Shown piece by piece: positions 59,050 to 64,000 of a DNA stretch of 64,000 nucleotides. The notes under the pieces were generated by a model, which was not told the DNA's origin, ran no database searches, and worked only from the letters and a program-made list of their open reading frames with translations. Origin of the DNA: a virus; the IMG/VR virus record IMGVR_UViG_3300036770_008028, positions 64,001-128,000 of that record. One strand, 5' to 3'. Both the position numbers and the translations under genes were made by a program. Numbering within the stretch: position 1 is the first letter of the stretch; each line of letters starts with the position of its first letter.

Positions 59050-59658
59050 TCAGTCCACTATGGGTCCGTTGCCGTTGCGAAAGCCCACGGTACCACCTTC
59101 GGCTTCGATGCGCTTGATCACATCCTCGAACAAGATAGGCGCGAAGTCCGGAGTCTGCTCTACACAAACGCAGTGGTAACGACTATCGAGTTCTGTGCCG
59201 TAAAGAGTCGCTCCGGTACGAGCATCAACGCCACGAGCTCGACGCACGCGTTGGTAATGCAAGTGTCCATGGATGTTGGTGCCAAAGCGACCAAGGCTGG
59301 CTTCGTGAACAGGAATATGACTAAGGATCATTCCGTTCATCACATGGTAAGCACGCAGTTCACGGAAGTACTCACGGTATTCATCATCGCGGAAGATGTC
59401 GTGGTTGCCACGGATAAGCACCTTGTCGCCGTTGATGCGAGCAAGAGTCTTGAGACTCTTCCGGTTGATTACGACGTCTCCGAGGTGATATACCTTGTCT
59501 TGAGGTCGGACACGTTCGTTCCACACCCGCACCAGATGTTCATCCATCTCTTCTGGATCTGTCCAAGGCCGCAGTTTGCTACCGTCGTCTCGGGTGAAGC
59601 GGCACACACCAGCGTGACCAAAGTGCGTGTCAGATACTAACCATACTGCTGGCATCAT
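59050..59658 (-). CDS. Calcineurin-like metallophosphoesterase
   Basis: SDTHFGH, HLGD, GNHD, LSH, HGHLH. Confidence 0.9.
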   Translation of the reverse strand: MMPAVWLVSDTHFGHAGVCRFTRDDGSKLRPWTDPEEMDEHLVRVWNERVRPQDKVYHLGDVVINRKSLKTLARINGDKVLIRGNHDIFRDDEYREYFRELRAYHVMNGMILSHIPVHEASLGRFGTNIHGHLHYQRVRRARGVDARTGATLYGTELDSRYHCVCVEQTPDFAPILFEDVIKRIEAEGGTVGFRNGNGPIVD

Positions 59659-59676
59659 GCCCCCCTTTCTTGGTGA

Positions 59677-59838
59677 TTATCTGCCCCGACCAGTGGTTTT
59701 TTTCTGCGGTCGGTTGTTACCCACACGCACTGGTGCGGTGGCTGTGATCTTGACTTCAGTACCATCTGTAGTCTTGGTATCGGGATTTTGCTGTGCTCTT
59801 TTTTTGGCCAGCGCTTCTTTCAATCCTTTGATGCTCAT
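59677..59838 (-). CDS. Small basic protein, 53 aa (MSIKGLKEALAKK...GRGR)
   Basis: SD AGGAG before ATG 59838. Confidence 0.6.
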   Translation of the reverse strand: MSIKGLKEALAKKRAQQNPDTKTTDGTEVKITATAPVRVGNNRPQKKTTGRGR

Positions 59839-59854
59839 TGAGATCTCCTGTCGG

Positions 59855-60066
59855 GGCATGGCAGCGAGAGGTCGATGCTTCGTAAGCATCTGCGGGCGTT
59901 GCAGACCCTAACATCGCTGTGAATCCATGTCTAGTAGTTATCGCGAGAGGCCAAGACCAACTGCATCTCTCTGACTGATAGAGCATCGCGATAGTGAACG
60001 AGCATGAGGCTAGCGGCGCCGGGCGTTAGGGCTTACAAGGCCGCCCCGGTTGACATAACGCATTGC
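59855..60066. ncRNA. Cluster of structured non-coding elements (unknown class)
   Basis: Nested inverted repeats; two copies of CGAGAGG...CATCG; a GGCTTACAAGGC hairpin; no convincing ORF. Confidence 0.4.
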
Positions 60067-60073
60067 CCTTGAC

Positions 60074-60288
60074 CCATGGTCAAGCCCACTGTGCTGTGTT
60101 TAAGACGCCAATGCTGGCGGAACCAGCCTTTGCCGGGCTACCAACCCGGCCTTGACATCCCCTGATGCGTGTTCATCTCCAGCCACGGAGCACGGCCTAT
60201 AACGGCTACAGCGGCCCAGGGTGGTAGTGCTTCCCTCACAGTTGGGATATAGTGGCCAGCCTGCTTTCTCTCACAGGCTTGACCATGG
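60074..60288 (-). ncRNA. Candidate 215-nt structured ncRNA downstream of rpoZ
   Basis: 13-bp closing stem CCATGGTCAAGCC/GGCTTGACCATGG; internal GGGATGTCAA/TTGGCGTCTT helix whose G.U pairs work only on the minus strand; several hairpins. Confidence 0.5.
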
Positions 60289-60297
60289 ATCATTGGT

Positions 60298-60534
60298 TTA
60301 ATTGTCCTGAGGTGGACGCTCGCGTCGATCAAGATTTGCCGGCTTCAGGAGATAATCTCGACCGATGTTGCCGGCTTCGATCTCTCGTAGTGCAGTGACC
60401 ACAGGACCATTGTCGCAGGTCACAGTTGGTCTCCATCCTCGGTTTAGTTCGCGCGCCCGTCGGGCGCCAATCAGCACGAGATCGTATTTGCTGCCCACTG
60501 CTCGTGCTGCCAGTTCGCTTGAAATCCTTGCCAT
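60298..60534 (-). CDS. rpoZ: RNA polymerase omega subunit homologue
   Basis: MARIS...SKYDLVLIGARRAREL...PVVTALREIEAG; SD GGAG. Confidence 0.9.
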   Translation of the reverse strand: MARISSELAARAVGSKYDLVLIGARRARELNRGWRPTVTCDNGPVVTALREIEAGNIGRDYLLKPANLDRRERPPQDN

Positions 60535-60560
60535 TGTGTGCTCCGATCATGTAAACAACA

Positions 60561-60589
60561 ACTGTAACACATCTGGCCGGATGTGTCAA
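60561..60589 (-). promoter_or_regulatory. Sigma70-type promoter for rpoZ
   Basis: TTGACA-N17-TACAGT. Confidence 0.6.
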
Positions 60590-60596
60590 TAGAGTT

Positions 60597-60672
60597 TGGC
60601 CCGTCCAGGAGGAATCGAACCCCCGTATAGATGTTTAGAAGACACCTGCGTCATCCACTACGCTATGGACGG
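60597..60672 (-). tRNA. tRNA-Arg(TCT)
   Basis: Cloverleaf, anticodon loop CTTCTAA, CCA encoded. Confidence 0.92.
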
Positions 60673-60679
60673 ATTGTGC

Positions 60680-60753
60680 TGGAGCGCCCGGAGAGAATCG
60701 AACTCTCGATCCCACGTTGGCAACGTGGCGTTTTGCCCCTAAACTACGGACGT
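60680..60753 (-). tRNA. tRNA-Gly(GCC)
   Basis: Loop TTGCCAA, U73, CCA; A1.C72 mismatch. Confidence 0.88.
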
Positions 60754-60756
60754 TAG

Positions 60757-61230
60757 TTATGCGGCTCTCACGCTCTTGAGCCTGTCGGCGGCATAACTGG
60801 CAGCCCAGGCCACGGGCTTTACCATGGGGATCACATTGCATGTACCACGGATGTATCCGATAGCCTGTTGCACCACGCAACTGGATCCATGCATCTCGTT
60901 GGGATTTAGATCTAGGTGCACTTCGATGGGCCACCCTGCCAGCACCGGAGCCAACCTCTGGAACAGTTCGCTCACGCGATACACTTCGTTCATGAGACGC
61001 ATGCTGGGACGATTGTACCGCTGATCATAGTCGCGTTCGCGGTCCATCTCACCAAAGATCTTGCAACCATTGTTGCCGTTGCGATGGATCACAGCCACGG
61101 TGGTGTATTCGGCCCACCACTGTCGACCCACTTTGAAACGTTCTGAATCCGCACCAATATAGATGCGTGTGCCAGGCCCTAAGTCATGCACATAGATTTG
61201 TATTTGTTCTGGATCTATCCTTGGCATCAT
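60757..61230 (-). CDS. RNase H-like YkuK (DUF458) family protein
   Basis: IYIGADS, RLMNEV..V.E, IEVHLDLN, KP.AWAASYAADR. Confidence 0.8.
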   Translation of the reverse strand: MMPRIDPEQIQIYVHDLGPGTRIYIGADSERFKVGRQWWAEYTTVAVIHRNGNNGCKIFGEMDRERDYDQRYNRPSMRLMNEVYRVSELFQRLAPVLAGWPIEVHLDLNPNEMHGSSCVVQQAIGYIRGTCNVIPMVKPVAWAASYAADRLKSVRAA

Positions 61231-61252
61231 GCCTCCCTTGGTTATTTACTCT

Positions 61253-61329
61253 TGGCCGGTCCTGACGGATTCGAACCGCCGGCTTCCTGTTTCGAAGACA
61301 GGCACTCTAGTCCACTGAGTTAAGGACCG
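61253..61329 (-). tRNA. tRNA-Arg(TCG)
   Basis: Loop CTTCGAA, CCA. Confidence 0.92.
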
Positions 61330-61333
61330 CGAC

Positions 61334-61426
61334 TGGTGGAGAGTGTGGGATTCGAACCCACGGCCCCGATTTCTCGAAGCAACACCTTAGCAGGGTGCCG
61401 ATTTAAACCGACTCATCCAACTCTCC
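61334..61426 (-). tRNA. tRNA-Ser(GCT)
   Basis: Loop CTGCTAA, long variable arm, CCA. Confidence 0.92.
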
Positions 61427-61430
61427 GACA

Positions 61431-61523
61431 TGGTGGAAGAGGTGAGACTCGAACTCACACACCCATCTCTGGGCCTTCGGTTTTCAAGACCGCTGCCGCT
61501 ATGCCGATTCGGCTAACTCTTCC
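61431..61523 (-). tRNA. tRNA-Ser(TGA)
   Basis: Loop CTTGAAA, long variable arm, CCA. Confidence 0.92.
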
Positions 61524-61636
61524 ATATTCGTACCGGTTACCGGATCCGGTGCAGACTTTTGGTCCCTGCGGCTCGTAAACTCACCCACCCTTGACGCCAT
61601 GCTCTGCAGAGGGCCAGCCGGGTGACGCTGTGTGCT

Positions 61637-61714
61637 TGGTACCCCTGCTCAGATTCGAACTGAGAGTGCTTCTCCTTTTGAGAGAGACGGCTTTACCAAT
61701 TTGCCCACAGGGGT
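61637..61714 (-). tRNA. tRNA-Leu(CAA), short variable loop
   Basis: Loop CTCAAAA, A73, CCA. Confidence 0.9.
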
Positions 61715-61715
61715 C

Positions 61716-61792
61716 TGGTGCGGAACCTGGGATTCGAACCCAGACTGTGAGGTGTTTAAGACCTTGACCTCTGCCGATTGGGCTAGTTCCGC
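61716..61792 (-). tRNA. tRNA-Leu(TAA), short variable loop
   Basis: Loop CTTAAAC, A73, CCA. Confidence 0.88.
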
Positions 61793-61798
61793 TTGATA

Positions 61799-61876
61799 TG
61801 GTACCCCAGGAGAGACTCGAACTCTCAATGAACAGTTTCTAAGACTGCCGTGTATACCTGATTCCACCACCGGGGC
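61799..61876 (-). tRNA. tRNA-Leu(TAG), short variable loop
   Basis: Loop CTTAGAA, A73, CCA. Confidence 0.9.
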
Positions 61877-61882
61877 ATTGAT

Positions 61883-61958
61883 TGGTGCTGATTGAGAGAA
61901 TCGAACTCCCGACCGGCGCATTACGAGTGCGTTGCTCTACCAACTGAGCTAAATCAGC
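61883..61958 (-). tRNA. tRNA-Thr(CGT)
   Basis: Loop CTCGTAA, CCA. Confidence 0.92.
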
Positions 61959-61963
61959 GTGTA

Positions 61964-62039
61964 TGGTGCCGACTCCTGGTTCCGCGCCAGGCTCTCCTGC
62001 TCTTCAGGCAGGCGCTTTCACTAGATTAGCTTAGTCGGC
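61964..62039 (-). tRNA. tRNA-Phe(GAA), atypical D/T loops
   Basis: Loop CTGAAGA; T-loop CGCGGAA; intact stems; CCA. Confidence 0.82.
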
Positions 62040-62152
62040 AAAAGGTTCCCGAGACCGTGCTTACCCGCGACACGATAGTCATCACTAACCAGAGGATGGG
62101 TCCAGAGCCACTGGCGGCCGGCTGCACTTACTGAGATGACTGGAACAAAACT

Positions 62153-62226
62153 TGGTGCGTCGTGAAGGAATCGAACCTCCGTCTGATCCTTGTAAGGGAC
62201 CGGCCCTACCATTAGACGAACGACGC
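62153..62226 (-). tRNA. tRNA-Val(TAC)
   Basis: Loop CTTACAA, CCA. Confidence 0.9.
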
Positions 62227-62227
62227 A

Positions 62228-62302
62228 TGGGGTATCCTAAGGGTATCGATCCCTTGCCGTGGGCTCCACACGCCCAAGTGCTGCCATTACACCAAGGACA
62301 CC
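62228..62302 (-). tRNA. tRNA-His(GTG)
   Basis: Encoded G-1, C73, loop GTGTGGA, CCA. Confidence 0.88.
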
Positions 62303-62304
62303 AT

Positions 62305-62379
62305 TGGTACCACCGCCAGGAATCAAACCTGGTTCTCAGCCTTCGCAGGGCTGTGTGACCGTCATTTCACCACGGTGAT
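62305..62379 (-). tRNA. tRNA-Arg(GCG)
   Basis: CAGCC-CTGCGAA-GGCTG, CCA. Confidence 0.8.
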
Positions 62380-62432
62380 ATCGAGAGACGAGAGGCTGGC
62401 TTACAAGGCTCGTTACGGCATCGTCCTCAAAC

Positions 62433-62506
62433 TGGTCTCGGTGGCAAGAATCGAACTTGCGCCACATGCTCCCAAAGCACGCATGATACCATTTCACCAC
62501 ACCGAG
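62433..62506 (-). tRNA. tRNA-Pro(TGG)
   Basis: Loop TTTGGGA, C1-G72, CCA. Confidence 0.92.
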
Positions 62507-62510
62507 TACA

Positions 62511-62584
62511 TGGCCGGGGCACTAGGACTTGAACCTAGACTAGCACAGTCAAAGTGTGCGGTGCTGCCATTACACTATGCCCCA
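62511..62584 (-). tRNA. tRNA-Gln(TTG)
   Basis: Loop CTTTGAC, CCA. Confidence 0.9.
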
Positions 62585-62589
62585 AAAAT

Positions 62590-62664
62590 TGGTGCTGATG
62601 AGAGGAATCGAACCTCCGACTTACGCCTTACCAAGGCGTTACTCTACCCCTGAGTTACATCAGC
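62590..62664 (-). tRNA. tRNA-Thr(GGT)
   Basis: Loop TTGGTAA, CCA. Confidence 0.92.
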
Positions 62665-62665
62665 T

Positions 62666-62742
62666 TGGTGGCGATGGAGGGATTCGAGCCCCCGATCTTC
62701 CGCGTATGAAGCGGCTGCATTAACCTGCTATGCTACATCGCC
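62666..62742 (-). tRNA. tRNA-Met(CAT), elongator type (Ile2 not excluded)
   Basis: Loop TTCATAC, G1-C72 paired, CCA. Confidence 0.8.
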
Positions 62743-62746
62743 TGGG

Positions 62747-62821
62747 TGGTAGGGGCAGCAGGGATTGAACCTGCGACCTCGATGTTAAAAGCATCTTGCT
62801 CTTCCGCTGAGCTATACCCCC
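62747..62821 (-). tRNA. tRNA-Lys(TTT)
   Basis: Loop CTTTTAA, CCA. Confidence 0.92.
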
Positions 62822-62822
62822 A

Positions 62823-62870
62823 TTACTGCACATTGTCTCTGATCCACTGCCAGTATTCTGCTGCGGTCAT
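62823..62870 (-). CDS. Possible 15-aa micro-ORF MTAAEYWQWIRDNVQ
   Basis: AAGGAG 6 nt before the ATG; fills the Ile-Lys tRNA spacer. Confidence 0.4.
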   Translation of the reverse strand: MTAAEYWQWIRDNVQ

Positions 62871-62889
62871 GATCATCTCCTTGTGTGAT

Positions 62890-62963
62890 TGGTACCCGAT
62901 GATGGTTACGATCCAACGTCGCGCGATTATCAATCGCGTGCTCTACCATTGAGCTAATCGGGT
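62890..62963 (-). tRNA. tRNA-Ile(GAT)
   Basis: Loop TTGATAA; T-loop ATCGTAA; CCA. Confidence 0.88.
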
Positions 62964-62964
62964 C

Positions 62965-63038
62965 TGGAGCGGCGAAGGGGAATCGAACCCCTGTCATCAG
63001 CTTGGAAGGCTGTCATAATACCATTATACTACCGCCGC
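62965..63038 (-). tRNA. tRNA-Gly(TCC)
   Basis: Loop CTTCCAA, U73, CCA. Confidence 0.92.
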
Positions 63039-63043
63039 TGGCT

Positions 63044-63118
63044 TGGTGGAGATGGAGAGAATCGAACTCTCAATTCCTGCTTGCAAAACAGGTGTGTTCC
63101 CATTAGCACTACATCCCC
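63044..63118 (-). tRNA. tRNA-Ala(TGC)
   Basis: Loop TTTGCAA, G3.U70, CCA. Confidence 0.92.
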
Positions 63119-63123
63119 GTTGG

Positions 63124-63201
63124 TGGAAGTGAGGGTGGGATTCGAACCCACGGTTGCACCGGGTTGCAGCCGGTTGCCTTGGACCACTCGGCCACCTCAC
63201 T
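63124..63201 (-). tRNA. tRNA-Cys(GCA)
   Basis: Loop CTGCAAC, U73; genomic CCACCA. Confidence 0.9.
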
Positions 63202-63207
63202 ATGTTG

Positions 63208-63294
63208 TGGCTCCAAGGGCAGGGATCGAACCTGCGTCCACTCACGTGCTCACCGGTTAACAGCCGGGGCCCTTACCTCTAGGGGTACCTTGGA
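63208..63294 (-). tRNA. tRNA-Asn(GTT) with long variable arm
   Basis: Loop CTGTTAA, U1-A72, G73; 16-nt variable region with CAC-GTGA-GTG hairpin. Confidence 0.85.
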
Positions 63295-63301
63295 AAGAAT
63301 T

Positions 63302-63375
63302 TGGTAGCGGGACCCGGAGTCGAACCAGGAACGGAGGCTTATGAGACCTCCATGATGCCATTTCAATATCCCGCA
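63302..63375 (-). tRNA. tRNA-fMet(CAT)-like initiator
   Basis: U1.U72 mismatch, loop CTCATAA, CCA. Confidence 0.82.
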
Positions 63376-63383
63376 TGGATCGG

Positions 63384-63458
63384 TGGTGCTGGTGGAGAGA
63401 ATCGAACTCCCAATCTACTGATTACAAATCAGTTGCCTTACCATTGGGCCACACCAGC
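63384..63458 (-). tRNA. tRNA-Thr(TGT)
   Basis: Loop TTTGTAA, CCA. Confidence 0.92.
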
Positions 63459-63477
63459 AAGAACTTTACTTATATCA

Positions 63478-63551
63478 TGGCTACGGTGGAGGGAATCGAA
63501 CCCCCATCATCAGTTTTGGAGACTGAGGTAATACCATTATACCACACCGTA
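63478..63551 (-). tRNA. tRNA-Trp(CCA)
   Basis: Loop CTCCAAA, G73, CCA. Confidence 0.9.
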
Positions 63552-63556
63552 ATGAT

Positions 63557-63647
63557 TGGTACTCCCGGGGGGAGTCGAACCCCCATCGGCCGATTATCTG
63601 TCGCTACGGGGTATAAGCCCGCTGTTTTACCATTAAACTACAGGAGC
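63557..63647 (-). tRNA. tRNA-Ile(TAT) with long variable region
   Basis: GCGGG-CTTATAC-CCCGT; 21-nt variable region; CCA. Confidence 0.8.
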
Positions 63648-63655
63648 GAAAAATC

Positions 63656-63730
63656 TGGCGGTGCCAAGGGGTAACGATCCCCTTCTTCGAGCGTGACAGG
63701 CTCGTGTGCGTCCATGAACACTTTGGCACC
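63656..63730 (-). tRNA. tRNA-Asp(GTC)
   Basis: Loop CTGTCAC, G73; T-loop ATCGTTA; CCA. Confidence 0.9.
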
Positions 63731-63736
63731 TAGAAC

Positions 63737-63811
63737 TGGTACACGGTACGGGAATCGAACCCGTCTTTACGGCGTGAAAGGCCGTTGTCCTAACCGATAG
63801 ACGAACCGTGC
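63737..63811 (-). tRNA. tRNA-Glu(TTC)
   Basis: Loop CTTTCAC, CCA. Confidence 0.92.
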
Positions 63812-63817
63812 ATGACA

Positions 63818-63904
63818 TGGTGGGTGCCCACGGATTCGAACCGCGAAGGCCAAAGACAAGAGATTTACAGTCTCCCCCCGATACCGTTACGGGACTAGAC
63901 ACCC
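63818..63904 (-). tRNA. tRNA-Tyr(GTA)
   Basis: Loop CTGTAAA, variable arm, CCA. Confidence 0.9.
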
Positions 63905-64000
63905 AAAAATGGCGGTTCTTGTGGACTTTCACCACACTCTTGCATTCTGAGAGCTTTACCAGTGTCCCGTATCGTCACCGGTCAGGGCTATTGTCAGGGG

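Noticed and set aside
59900-60045. Pistol ribozyme (TTAGGG / AAGCCCTAA)
   Set aside because: The element order and P1/P2 architecture do not match on either strand.
60074-60288. RNase P RNA (GAGGGAAG and ACAG...GGCTT resemble P4 strands)
   Set aside because: No GAGGAAAGUCC, the P4 pairing does not form, and GGCTT is used in the closing stem.
61524-62432. Theta/HDV-like ribozymes at tRNA 3' ends, or SRP RNA in the long spacers
   Set aside because: Could not build the nested double pseudoknot with a UCCUCG-type L3, and the SRP CAGG...GNAA...AGCA motif is absent.
63121-63126. CCACCA end of tRNA-Cys as a degradation tag
   Set aside because: It is genomic, occurs once, and is most simply a trailer trimmed during maturation.
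60597-63904. Stop-codon recoding or suppressor tRNAs
   Set aside because: No CTA, TCA or TTA anticodons, and genes are intact in the standard code using all three stops.
1-64000. CRISPR array, integrase, transposase, reverse transcriptase/DGR, intein or homing endonuclease
   Set aside because: No regularly spaced direct repeats and none of the diagnostic protein motifs were seen.

Overview
This window comes from a large (jumbo-type) tailed dsDNA phage genome; a proteobacterial host is inferred from the tmRNA tag and the RpoZ N-terminus. 1-19.8 kb (+): virion/baseplate/tail-fibre genes, including a 4768-aa protein. 19.9-44 kb: a dense small-molecule/glycan tailoring region with GT-A-like glycosyltransferases, five N-terminal-twitch radical SAM enzymes, a B12-type radical SAM, a 2OG-Fe(II) oxygenase, an SGNH protein, a carbamoyltransferase, an amidinotransferase, GT10-like 'TEK' paralogues, a DegT aminotransferase and an NDP-sugar epimerase. 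44-50 kb: thyX and a MoxR-like AAA plus VWA/metallopeptidase pair with sigma70-type promoters. 50-57 kb: a second cassette with a radical SAM, 2OG oxygenases, an SGGxDS ATP-pyrophosphatase and a complete NitT/TauT-type ABC importer. 57-64 kb (-): a circularly permuted two-piece tmRNA, a metallophosphoesterase, structured non-coding elements, rpoZ, a YkuK-like gene and 30 CCA-ending tRNAs covering all 20 amino acids. Top candidates for novelty: (1) an aminoglycoside-like amino/guanidino/carbamoyl-sugar tailoring pathway next to the virion genes; (2) a 48-nt RNA motif present twice with compensatory changes, upstream of a structural gene and of the ABC importer; (3) the permuted tmRNA, other structured ncRNA candidates and unusual tRNAs. 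All protein calls come from motifs recognised by eye; no database search was run.
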